Origin: Laetmonice hystrix
Taxonomy: Eukaryota
Length of the DNA: 64,000 nt
NCBI GenBank assembly: GCA_965235115.1
Contig: OZ249436.1
Coordinates: 29,824,001-29,888,000, forward strand
Reading direction: 5' to 3'
The notes beneath the pieces were generated by a model, which ran no database searches, was not told the origin of the DNA, and worked only from the letters and a program-made list of their open reading frames with translations. Positions 38,095 through 51,326 of this stretch are shown one piece after another. Each line of letters opens with the position of its first letter. Position 1 is the stretch's first letter. A program made the translations under genes and the position numbers.

Positions 38095-38803
38095 TACGGT
38101 TTGGAATGATCCGTAGCGCAGGGCGATCCGGTAGCTTCCGTGACCTGGAAAGGCGATGATGCGAGGGGTTCCTACGACATTGTTACGGGTTGAGAAGGAT
38201 TGTTACGGATAGCTTTCCGAGTCTACTCCATATATAGGTAAGGATAACTTACGGATAGCTACGGCTTACTGTGGCTCACTACGGCTGTCTTACGGGTTGA
38301 TGTGGTTCTACCACGGCTTACTACGGGCTGTTACGTATCTCCGACGGGTTATTTCGGAATGAACAGGTTGGCATGCTGGCGAGGCAAGCGTCACCACGTG
38401 ACCCACGCAACCCGTAGCAAGCCATATACCAACCCGTCACAATACGTACCACCCGTAGTACGCCGTATCAACCCGTATAATACGTACCAATACGTTGTGT
38501 GATCCGTTCCGTACTAATACTGACCGATACGTTCCAACCCGGGAAGGATGCCTAACAACCCGTAGTGGGTTCGTCACCGATTACGTGATCACGGCTTACT
38601 AGGGAAGTGTCAACTAAGGGTTGCTACGTATCATCTACGGGTTACTAAGGGTCATCTTCGGATTGCGACGGGTCCGCTACCATGATCGAAATCGAATTTT
38701 TTTCAAGACGTTTAAAACTTTTCCACGGATCGAAAAGCCGATACGGATCGGTACTGGTTGCCACGGGTAGCTAGAGAACATCCGGGAAAGTGTGACGGGG
38801 GCT
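38095..38803. mobile_element. PIF/Harbinger-like non-autonomous element, right portion
   Basis: Dense tacgg/ccgta motif repeats. Terminus aaagtgtgacgggggct|TTA. Left TIR not found. Confidence 0.55.
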
Positions 38804-39036
38804 TTAGCGTCCTTATCAAGTCAAAAACTCGGAGAGGAGGATGGTATTGTAGGTTACATTTTATAATATCGTAACCCGTCGATATAAGCGGACTTTATAC
38901 AAAAGTTGAAACCCGTCGAGGAGACTACACAATGAAGTTGAATAATAAATTATATCCCATGATAACAAACAACACTTTATAAGTCTGTATACAGTTATGC
39001 AGTATACGTAGGATAGAAATTACTATTCTGCCTTAG

Positions 39037-42000
39037 TTATTATCCCATTCCCCCCCCCCCCCGAAGGATTTTGAAATCACTCGGTTTCGTCTACACTATT
39101 ATCCCATTTCCCCCCCGAAGGGGGAAATGGGATTTTGAAATCACTTGGTTTCGTCTACACTATTCTTCTTCTTCTTCTTCTTCTTCTTCTTCTTCTGATT
39201 ATTGGTGTGGTGACCTTTTGCTGTATCTCGGTTATCTATGGAGGTATCGTCATGAAACTTGCAGGGAACATTGATCATCCACTAAAATGATCAGCTATTG
39301 ACTGATTACGTCATATGACGTCACGTCAATAACTTATGACGTGTTAAAGTTTCTCAAAGGAGGGCTCATTTCTTGAATTTCTCGAAAAGTAGAAGCTATC
39401 TCGATGATAGTTCCTAATTAGGCACTTGGGCATTAATCGTCATGAACCTGAATTTGACCTCTGACCTTTGACCTTTGTGAGATCTAGGTCAAAGATCTTA
39501 AACAGCTTAATTTGCATCTCCTCCCTCAATATTTTGCAATATGTAGGCAAAGTGTGTCTGAAGAGTCTCTTAAGGTGGCTTTTTATGGGGACGTTTAGAA
39601 ATCAAGAATTTGACTTATATTAAGAGAGTCATATGACTTTGAAATTTGGCAATTTTGGCATTTTTTGTTAAAATTGCTTCGACGAGATAGAACTCATATA
39701 TTTGGTCACTAGATGTGTGCTCCTATTAAAGATTGGTCACTTTGCATAATTTTTTGCATAAATTTACCAATATCTTTTTATTTATGATGAAATATGTAAT
39801 CTGACGTAGACAGTCTCTATCTTGAAACGTGTGTATGCTAGCCATCTACAAATATAACAGTTACAAAGTGTATAGAGTCAGGCATACTGCTGGTCGTTTA
39901 GTTCTTTTCTTGGAAAGGTAATATGGTCAGAATTGTAAGTTTTAATTGGTATAGTCTTCACAATAAAATGTTTGTCACTCTGGACGGTCGGGTCTCTGTG
40001 TATACAGGCCACCGACTGTGAATAGCCGCCCGGGTCGGCAGCGTTACGTAACTGCTACTGATAAGGTCGGGGTCGGCAGGGTCCTCCCAGTCAGGGGTTG
40101 ATGGACCCTTGCTGGGAACAGTTGTGACTACTCCCCTCCCCTTCCTCCCAGTCAGTGTGAGGTTGGAGAAATAGCCTATGTGTATTCCAAACTGACATTA
40201 CTGAATTAGCTGTGCCTCTAAACTGTAGGTTCTGTCTAATACATGTTTTTGGATACTTTCCCTTGCCTCCCAATACATATGTTTTTAATCTTACATGAGA
40301 GGAGAGCTGAATAAAAGAATACTTTGATTGTTGGCTGTGGAATTAAGGTGACATGCTGAACTTTTGGTCAGTTGCACTTCGTTTCAGCCTGAGTCAAAAG
40401 CCTGGTGTGGATGACATTCACACCCATTGGCCTTCTCTGACACTGACCTGGTAGGGTGCTTTTTGATAGGCCCCCTAGGCCTATCCTTGTCAATCGTTCA
40501 TGATGCCGATAACACTATACTATTTCATAATTGTCAAAGGGGTACTTAATAAATTCCATGTAAATGAAAATAACCTCCAGAGGTAATGTCGGCACGGCAG
40601 TGTCAAGTATACCTGTGGAACAGTTGGCGGAATCACAGGACAGTCAAATTAAAGGAGAGAAAAATGTAGGTAATGATAGAAACCCATTGGGGAAATGGGA
40701 TCCTACCTGTATTGCTTGGCAATCAGAGTTTCTAGTGTTTGTCACTAGGATGGTTCTGGTCTCTGTATACACAGATCACCCGCTGTGAGGTCCGCCCAGC
40801 CAGAGAGCTAGGTCGGCAGAGAGTTATGTAATTGGTGCTGATAAGGGCCGCTGGTGTCGACGGTCCTCCCAGCCAGGCTGGGGTTGGAATGTGTATGTCC
40901 AGAACAAACCCAACTGAATTAGCCCTGCTTTAGAGCTGTAGGTGTAACTGTCTATACACATTTTCTTGAAGGCTGTCTTTTTGAATTTACAAGACAACTC
41001 TTGGTTGAGTGAGCCAGCAGATTGATGTGGATAGACTTCATATTTAGGGCCCGCCGGTAGGTAGGCCCGTCGGTCGTGCCTAATCCCCCTTTTCTCCCAG
41101 TCAGGGTGGGGTTGGAGAATATGTGTATTCCAAACTGACATTACTGAATTAGCTGTGCCTCTAAACTGTAGGTGTAACTGTCCAATACATGTTTTTGGAT
41201 ACTCCCCCTTGCCTCACAGTCAGGGTGGGGTTGGAGGAATATGTGTATTCAGAACTGACATAACTGAATTAACTGTGGTTTTGAACTGTAGGTGTAACTG
41301 TCTAATGTATTTTTGAATCTTACATGGGAGGAGAGCTGAATAAAAGAATACTTTGATTTTTGGCTGTGGAATTAAGGTGACATGCCAAACTTTTGGTCAG
41401 TTGCACTTTGTTTCAGCCTGAGTCAAAAGCCTGGGGTGGATTACATTCACACCCATTCGCCTTGTGTGACACTGACCTGGCTGGGACGTCAATTGTTCAT
41501 GATGCCGATAACAGCTTTAAGGACTATACTATTTCATATTTGTCAAAGGGATACTTAGTAAATTCCATGTAAAACTGTGGAACAGTTGGCGGAATCACAG
41601 GACAGTCAAATTAAAGGAGATTAAAATGTAGGTTCTGATAGAAAACCATTGGGGAAATGGGATCCTACCTGTATTGCTTGGCAATCAGAGTTTCTAGTTC
41701 TTCTTCTTCTGATTATTGGTGTCGTGACCTTTTGCTGTATCTCGGTTATCTATGGAAGTATCGTCATGAAACTTGCAGGGAACATTGATCATCCACTAAA
41801 ATGATCAGCTATTGACTGATGACGTCATATGACGCCACGTCAATAACTTATGACGTGTTAAAGTTTCTCAAAGGAGGGCTCATTTCTTAAATTTCCCGAA
41901 AAGTAGGAGCTATCTCGATGATAGTTCCTAATTAGGCACTTGGGCATTAATCGTCATGCACCTGAATTTGACCTCTGACCTTTGACCTTTGTGAGATCTA

Positions 42001-43703
42001 GGTCAAAGATCTTAAACAGCTTAATTTGCATCTCCTCCCTCAATATTTTGCAATATGTAGGCAAAGTGTGTCTGAAGAGTCTCATAAGGTGGCTTTTTAT
42101 GGGAACGTTTAGAAATCAAGAATTTGACTTATATTAAGAGAGTCATGTGACTTTGAAATTTGGCAATTTTGGCACTTTTTGTTAAAATTGCTTCGACGAG
42201 ATAGGAATCATATATTTGATCACTAGATGTGTGCTCCTATTAAAGATTGGTCACTTTGCATAATTTCTTTGCATAAATTTACCAATATCTTTTTACTTAT
42301 GATGAAATATGTAATCTGACGTTCACAGGCTCTATCTTGAAACGTATTTAAGATAGCCATATGCAAATACAACAATTACAAAGTGTATAGATTTAAGTTA
42401 CCACTGATTGTTTAGTTCTCTTTTTGAAAAGGTATTATGGCCAGAATTCCAAGTTTTAATGGGTATAGTCTTCACAATATAATGTTTGTCACTAGGATGG
42501 TTGTGGTCTCTGTATACACAGATCTCCTACTCTGACGTGGCCGCCTGCCGGTAGGCAGAGTTACGTAAGGGCTGGTGATAAGGGCTCGCCCCTCGGTCGT
42601 GACTACAGTCAGGGTGCCTCCCAGTGAGGGTGGGGGTTGGAGGAATATGTGTATTCAGAACTGACATAATTGAATTAACTGTGGTTTTGAACTGGGGGTG
42701 TAGGCTAACTGTCTAATGTATATATGTTTTTGAATCTTACATGGGAGGAGAGCTGAATAACAGAATACTTTGATTGTTGGCTGTGGAATTAAGGTGACAT
42801 GCTAAACTTTTGGTCAGTTGCACTTCGTTTCGGCCTGAGTCAAAGCCTGGTGTGGATGACATTCACGCTCATTGGACTTGTGTGACACTGACATGGCAGG
42901 GCGCTTTTTGATAGGCCCCCTAGACCTATCCGTGTCAATTGTTAATAATGCCGATAATTTTGCATAAATTTACCAATATGTTTTTTTTTTAGGCCTATGA
43001 CGAAATTTGTAATCTGGCGTTGACAGGCTCTATCTTGAAACGTGTGAGTGTATGCTAGCCATCTACAAATATAACAGTTACAAAGTGTATAGATTCAGGT
43101 ATACCACTGATAGTTTAGTTCTTTTCCTGGATAGGTAATGTGGCCAGAATTGTAAGTTTTAATGGGTATAGTCTCCACAATAATATTTTTACCCTCTGAC
43201 GGTTAGCATCTCTGAATACACAAACCGCCGCCGGCCGCCTCTCCCAGCCCGGTGTTGGCAGCGTTACGTAACTGATGCTGATAAGGTTGGGGTCGGCACG
43301 GACTCCCCATTCCTCTCAGTCAGGGTGGGTTGATGGACCCTTGCTGGGAACAGACTTAATTGAATAGCTGGGCCTTTGTATTTATAACTGTGGGTGTAAC
43401 TGTATAAGATATCATATTCTTGAATCTTATATTGGAAGAGTATATTATATTCTTGAATCGTATATTGGAGGAGAGTGGAATAAAAGATTAGGCCTATATT
43501 AAGCGGTCTTCTTGAAGTTACAAGAGAACTCTTGGCCAGCTCTGCCCTTGGTTGAGTGAGCCAGCAGGTTGGTGTGGATGGTTCCACAGTTGGCTGAGTC
43601 ACAGGACAGTGAAATTGAAGTAGAGAAAAATGTAGGTAATGATAGAAAACCATTGGGGAAATGGGATCCTACCTGTATTGCTTGGCAATCAGAGTTTCTA
43701 GTT
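39037..43703 (+). mobile_element. Tandem HINE (non-autonomous Helentron) family 2, forward arm with three 3' termini
   Basis: 5' ttattatcccatt(t)cccc with hairpin and (TTC)n. The 3' block ggggaaatgggatcctacctgtattgcttggcaatcagagtttctag ends at ~40735, ~41697 and ~43701. Confidence 0.82.
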
Positions 43704-43932
43704 AGGTGGAGACAACATGGGCAGAAAGAAAGCAACCCTGAATGCCCTCCCAGCGACCCCCCCCCCCCAAAAAAAACCCCCAGAATATTTGATAACAAGA
43801 AGAAGTAAGTTTACTAACTTAATGCTTTCCATACTACAGCCATCCTCGTTTAGCCTTTATAAATGATTCCAACCCGTATTTAGATATGGCCTTAAATTAA
43901 AAGTAAAGCCTTGATAGAAATTAAAAAAGGAG

Positions 43933-46900
43933 ACTAGAAACTCTGATTGCCAAGCAATACAGGTAGGATCCCATTTCCCCAATGGTTTTCTATCATTACC
44001 TACATTTTTCTCTCCTTTAATTTGACTGTCCCGGGATTCCGCCAACTGTTCCACAGGTATACTTGACACTGTCGTGCCGACATTACCTCTGGAGGTTATT
44101 TTCATTTACATGGAATTTACTAAGTACCCCTTTGACAATTATGAAATAGTATAGTCCTTAAACCTGTTATCGGCATCATGAACAATTGACACGGATAGGC
44201 CTAGGGGGCCTATCAAAAAGCGCCCTGCCAGGTCAGTGTCACACAAGGCCAATGGGTGTGAATGTCATCCACACCAGGCCAACAATCAAAGTATTCTTTT
44301 ATTCAGCTCTCCTCCCATGTAAAATTCAAAAACATAATACATTAGACAGTTAGCCTACACCCCCAGTTCAAAACCACAGTTAATTCAATTATGTCAGTTC
44401 TGAATACACATATTCCTCCAGCCGCCACCCTGACTGGGAGGCACCCTGACTGGGAGGAAGGGGGGAGTAGTCTCGACCGACCGGCAGGCCCTTATCACCA
44501 GCCCTTATGTAACTCTGCCGACCGCGGGCGGCCGCGTCACAGGGAGCGCCGACCCGACCTTATCAGTAGCAGTTACGTAACGCTGCCGACCCAGGGCGGC
44601 TATTCACAGTCGGTGGACTGTATACACAGAGACCCGACCGTCCAGAGTGACACATCATTTTATTGTGAAGACTATACCGATTAAAACTTACAATTCTGTC
44701 CATATTACCTTTCCAAGAATAGAACTAAACAACCAGCAGTATACCTGACTCTATACACTTTGTAACTGTTATATTTGTAGATGGCTATCATACACACGTT
44801 TCAAGTATAGAGCCTGTCAACGTCAGATTACATATTTCATCATAAATAAAAAGATATTGGTAAATTTATGCAAAAGGTTATGCAAAGTGACCAATCTTTA
44901 ATAGGAGCACACATCTAGTGACCGAATATATGATTCCTATCTCGTTGAAGCAATTTTAGCAAAAAGTGCCAAAAGTGCCAAATTTCAAAGTCACGTGACT
45001 CTCTTAAGATCAGTCAAATTCTTGATTTCTTAACGTCCCCATAAAGAGCCACCTGATGAGACTCTTCAGACACACTTTGCCTACACTTTGCCAAATATCA
45101 AGGGAGGAGATGCAATTTAAGCTGTTTAACATTTTTGACCTATATCTCACAAAGGTCAAAGGTCAGAGGTCAAATTCAGGTGCATGACGATTAATGCCCA
45201 AGTGCCTAATTAGGAACAATCATGGAGATTGCTCCTACTTTTCCAGAAATTCAAAAAATGAGCCCTCCTTTGAGAAACTTTAACACGTCATAAGTCATTG
45301 ACGTGACGTCATATGACGTAATCAGTCAATAGATAATTATTTTAGTGGATGATCAATGTTCCCTGCAAGTTTCATGAAGATACCTCCATAGATAACCGAG
45401 ATACAGCAAAAGTTTTACTACACCAATAACTAGAAACTCTGATTGCCAAGCAATACAGGTAGGATCCCATTTCCCCAATGGTTTTCTATCATTACCTACA
45501 TTTTTCTCTACTTCAATTTCACTGTCCTGTGATTCAGCCAACTGTGGAACCATCCACACCAACCTGCTGGCTCACTCAACCAAGGGCAGAGCTGGCCAAG
45601 AGTTCTCTTGTAACTTCAAGAAGACCGCTTAATATAGGCCACTCTCCTCCAATATACGATTCAAGAATATAATATACTCTTCCAATATAAGATTCAAGAA
45701 TATGATATCTTATACAGTTACACCCACAGTTATAAATACAAAGGCCCAGCTATTCAATTAAGTCTGTTCCCAGCAAGGGTCCATCAACCCACCCTGACTG
45801 AGAGGAATGGGGAGTCCCTGCCGACCCCAACCTTATCAGCAGCAGTTACGTAACGCTGCCAACACGGGGCTGGGAGAGGCGGCCGGACTCACAGCAGGCG
45901 CTTTGTGTATTCATAGATGCTAACCGTCAGAGGGTAAAAATATTATTGTGGAGACTATACCCATTAAAACTTACAATTCTGGCCACATTAACTATCCAAG
46001 TAAAGAACTAAACAATCAGTGGTATACCTGAATCTATACACTTTGTAACTGTTATATTTGTAGATGGCTAGCATACACTCACACGTTTCAAGATAGAGCC
46101 TGTCAACGTCAGATTACAAATTTCGTCATAAATAAAAACATATTGGTAAATTTATGCAAAATTATCGGCATCATGAACAATTGACACGGGCCTATCAAAA
46201 AGCGCCCTGCCATGTCAGTGTCACACAAGTCCAATGAGTGTGAATGTCATCCACACCAGGCTTTTGACTCAGGCTGAAACGAAGTGCAACTGACCAAAAG
46301 TTTAGCATGTCACCTTAATTCCACAGCCAACAATCAAAGTATTCTGTTATTCAGCTCTCCTCCCATGTAAGATACAAAAACATATACATTAGACAGTTAG
46401 CCTAGACCCCCAGTTCAAAACCTCAGTTAATTCAATTATGTCAGTTCTGAATACACATATTCCTCCAACCCCCACCCTCACTGGGAGGCACCCTGACTGT
46501 AGTCACGACCGACGGGCGAGCCCTTATCAATATCACCAGCCCTTACGTAACTCTGCCTACCGGCAGGCGGCCGCGTCACAGTAGGAGATCTGTGTATACA
46601 GAGACCACAACCATCCTAGTGACAAACATTATGTTGTGAAGACTATACCCATTAAAACTTGGAATTCTGGCCATAATACCTTTTCAAAAAGAGAACTAAA
46701 CAATCAGTGGTAACTTAAATCTATACACTTTGTAATTGTTGTATTTGCATATGGCTATCTTAAATACGTTTCAAGATAGAGCCTGTCAACGTCAGATTAC
46801 ATATTTCATCATAAATAAAAAGATATTGGTAAATTTATGCAAAAAGTTATGCAAAGTGACTAATCTTTAATAGGAGCACACATCTAGTGACCAAATATAT

Positions 46901-47611
46901 GATTCCTATCTCGTCGAAGCAATTTTAACAAAAAGTGCCAAAATTGCCAAAATTCAAAGTCACATGACTCTCTTAATATAAGTCAAATTCTTGATTTCTA
47001 AACGTTCCCATAAAAAGCCACCTTATGAGACTCTTCAGACACGCTTTGCCTACATATTGCAAAATATTGAGGGAGGAGATGCAAATTAAGCTGTTTAAGA
47101 TCTTTGACCTAGATCTCACAAAGGTCAAAGGTCAGAGGTCAAATCCAGGTGCATGACGATTAATGCCCAAGTGCCTAATTAGGAACTATCATCGAGATAG
47201 CTCCTACTTTTCGGGAAATTCAAGAAATGAGCCCTCCTTTGAGAAACTTTAACACGTCATAAGTTATTGACGTGACGTCATATGACGTCATCAGTCAATA
47301 GCTGATCATTTTAGTGGATGATCAATGTTCCCTGCAAGTTTCATGACGATACCTCCATAGATAACCGAGATACAGCAAAAGGTCACAACACCAATAATCA
47401 GAAGAAGAAGAATAGTGTAGACGAAACCAAGTGATTTCAAAATCCCATTTCCCCCTTCGGGGGGAAATGGGATAATCAGAAGAAGAAGAAGAAGAAGAAG
47501 AAGAAGAAGAAGAGAAAGAAGAAGAAGAAGAAGAAGAAGAAGAATAGTGTAGACGAAACCCAGTGATTTCAAAATCCCATTTCCCCCTTCGGGGGGGGGG
47601 GGGGATAATAA
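43933..47611 (-). mobile_element. Tandem HINE family 2, inverted arm with two 3' termini
   Basis: Reverse complement of the same modules. Termini actagaaactctgattgccaagcaatac at 43933 and 45429. 5' end with (GAA)n and gggataataa at ~47611. Confidence 0.82.
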
Positions 47612-50559
47612 ATAGAAGAAGGTCCAAACTCAGACTCCTCTCAACAGGGTGCCAGCCAAGGTACTGAGACAGGGATGCTTGGTTGGAAACGATAATAAAC
47701 AAAGTCGGCCCCGAGAAGACATAGAGATCTACCACACTAGCACTCCTGATAGAGGGTTAATCTTCCTAGCACAACACTTCCCACATCCCATTCTGTATAC
47801 AAATGTTGTGCGATCTGTCGGACAACATACCGCGGAATAAACTACTCGTTTTTTATGTTGACAGCTTGCTGAGATCATAACAAATATTATTACCTTTAAG
47901 GCATAAATGGGAACATGGATAGATTCTATAGTCGCGGTTTGACTGCGGGAATATTATATATGCACAATGCACTCTTGAATGCACAAATAAAACAACATGG
48001 CTGAAAATGACTGAATCGACAATGACCACGTGGCTCTTAAGTTCAATCCATTCAGTTATAATGTAATGTTCATTTTTGTGGCATTTTCTCTTCACATAGC
48101 TAGTCATACACTATAACAATGGTCATGGGAAGTATCATCCTTTAGTCACCATGTGGCAGTTATACGAGCGATTTATGAGTGCGATTATCAAGGGCCATGG
48201 TTGAGTCATGACAGGCCCGGAGGGGATGGTTCGTTGGAGGACCAAAGGGGGACCGACAGGATGCCCGGGGTCGGCGGGCCGGAGTGGGGGCCGGAGCAGT
48301 TCAGTGGATCCAGCACTGCACAAAAGGGGGAGTAAACATGCGCAGGGGTCTAGGGCTCCTCCCCCAGAAGATTTTTAATTTTAGAAGGCAACCCCCCCTG
48401 CTATTTTCCGGCATCTGGAGATATAAAATGGGAAGTTTCTCAAAGCATTTCGGCCTATAGCTAGATCAATAACATGTGCAGTGAGACCCTAGAAAATTAT
48501 TGAATTCAGAAGAAAAAAAAAACTAATTTCCTGGCAACTGGAGATAGACTTTCTGAAGTTCCTCAAATCATTTAGAGGTCTAAGCCTAGCTTACCAATAA
48601 CATGGGGGGGGGGGCGGGGGGTCTGGGGGTCATTCCCAGAGCATTTTTAAATTTCCTGGTATGGGGAAGTCTACTTGGGGAGATAGAAATTGTGACTTTT
48701 TTCAGGGGGGACCATGGGTCGGGGTTTTTTTTTTGGTCAGGTGGACACCCTGCAGACACGAGCTGGACCCACGATCCCCCTATGTGATCACTGTCAGGGG
48801 GGACAATGGGGCCAGGGAGTGGTTTATTCGAACACCCCGACCCTGCCCATCTGTTTCTCGGAATTGGGGGCCTGTAGAACCAAGGCATTTGTACACAAGA
48901 AAGAGCATTTACTGCAAGGTACAAAAATGGCGATAACTCAATTTGACCCAATTAGTCAGATACTGTGGTTTACATTTGGAAGGCAGTATTGGGATCGCTC
49001 GTTTCGGCTCACCTCGGCTGTCTACGAATACCGCCACTCGTTTGTGCACCTCATCAACCTTGGAGGACCTCAACACTCGGGGTTACACCAGCTCTTGCTT
49101 CGGCCCACCTCGGTATGATGTGACACATCGGTGGACCTCAACACCTGGATTGACACCCTCTTGTCTTGGCCCACGTCGTGTCACGTGGCGACTTACTCTC
49201 TTTAATCGCTTTAATCTCAGCAGACGACTGAGAAGCGTCGATTGACCACCCCTTGTCACGACGCGTATGATAAGTAGGCCTACTTGTACTGGTGTGTAAG
49301 CTTGGTAGAACACATTTCTCACCAATTTCACCCTCGGCGTCTAACCTGAATGGAGCCATTCGTGGGCCGTGGACTATCCCTCACATGATAATAACATGAT
49401 AATAAGTGTTGAAAACTTTATTAATTATTTAATTACGTAACATGATATAATCTTGACATAGCTTCCTAAATATGTCAAGGCGAAGGTATTCACAAGTTTC
49501 TCTCACACATTCTAAAAAAAAAATAGCAAATATACACCCTCCGTATTGGGAAATGACAAACTGCTCAACTTTGAAGTCATGTGACTCCGTCAAAATACTT
49601 CAAATCGCTCAATCCCTGCTAAAACTTCTTCGGATATCTAGGAGTAACCATGCTGTACAGTTTGAAGAAAGCTACATCAGAAGTTTAGATGTATGTGACA
49701 GATGACCTGTGACCCAATCTTTAAGAAGGTCAAAGGCCATCAGCGAAATTTTGGTAAAAAATTATTAAGGAACCATCTCTTTTCTAGTATCTGAGAGACA
49801 GTTGCATTGTTGGTACTTGTTTGGTCACTGGAAAACATTTTCATAAGTTTGGGTCAACATCCCACCTATAGTCAGGGAGCATGTTGCATGAAATAAAGTC
49901 CCGTGGGCATTTTGTGATGAAAGCAAGCGACCACCTAGATGTCTTTAGGGGGTCCCAAATAATACAAAAAAAACTTGTTGGCAATCTAGGAATGGCGGCT
50001 ACTTCCAGTAAAGCGCAAATCCAAAATGGCTGCCAGTCGCCATATTAAAATTGTATGTTTCGATTCCCTTGTCATAGAAGCATGTATAATAGCACTTTTT
50101 CCACTAAATCTCAAACGAGGAATCGATTTCTGGCATTATTATTTGATTTGGAGGCCTCCTTCTGGTTGAAATCCAAGAAGAATGCTGGTAAATGTAACTA
50201 CTAAACTGCTTGGCCTAGGAACATGCATGATAGGACTTTTTCGACCAAATGTGACATGAAGAATCTATTCCCGCCATTATTTTTCCATTTGGAGGCCTCC
50301 TTGATGCTGATATCCAAGATGGCTCTCTGGGAATCTACGTGAATATCTTTCTCAGTGCTGGATATCTGGAAAAACTTGGCACGTATCATGACAATGACCT
50401 GGTATGACAGAGTTCTTTACTCTATGGTCATGGTTGACTTACTTTCATTTCATACAGGGCCTTTCTGGAGACATCCATAGAGGAACGGGATACCCGATTG
50501 CCTGCAATCTGCATGTCTAGTTGCAGCTGTCAGTCCTGCGCAAATGCGATGCGACCGCC

Positions 50560-50657
50560 TTTATAAGGGCGGGCACTTCCATCATCTTTTACACGACAGC
50601 AGGTTCAACATTAGCTCAGACAGATCAAGCGGATCGTCTCACTTTGAACAAGTAAGT
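50560..50657 (+). promoter_or_regulatory. Putative promoter and non-coding first exon of methyltransferase copy B
   Basis: TATA-like tttataag, GC box, and donor GTAAGT at 50652. Acceptor ctgtag or ttacag lies just before the ATG at 51327. Confidence 0.5.
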
Positions 50658-51326
50658 GCAAGGTTAGCGTGCCGATCTATTCGTCAGAAAATGTCTGTTT
50701 TCACATCAGTAGGAAAGACCCATTTTCAAGAGGGGGATATGACTAGCGGGTAACGAGAATTGAAAACAGATAAAATATCCTGTTTGAGGCTGGAACATAA
50801 CACTGTCCTTAGTTACCATTATGTACATTAATTAGATGCACATATCACATGCCAAAAAGATAATCAATATTTCAATTGTAGCCATTATATTATTGAATAC
50901 GTTGGCACATTTTAATTTTCTGAAAGGGGGTCAAATCTTTTGGAAATCTGATCTGGAAAATGTTTACAAAGCCGATTCAGTTTTATGATACATCGCCCGT
51001 GATAACTTAACCCCCACTAAATTTGGTCGAAAGTAAAGATGTACAGCCCTGACCTTATCCCTTACCCCGAACCCTAACCCTCAACATGTCCCTATCCTAT
51101 TCCAATCCCTATCCCTCACCTTAACCCGAACCCCTGACCACAAATGTTGTGGGGAATGTATATATCATGGCGAAATAACGAGTGCTATCGGCTTGTTCTG
51201 TATATTCCATAATTTATGTCCAGTTATTCTCCGAATTCCAGACATCACCTATATCTGCCTGTGATCTTAAATTTACTTTTGATATGTACACGAATACTCG
51301 ATATTTTGCTGTAGAAATTACAGAAA

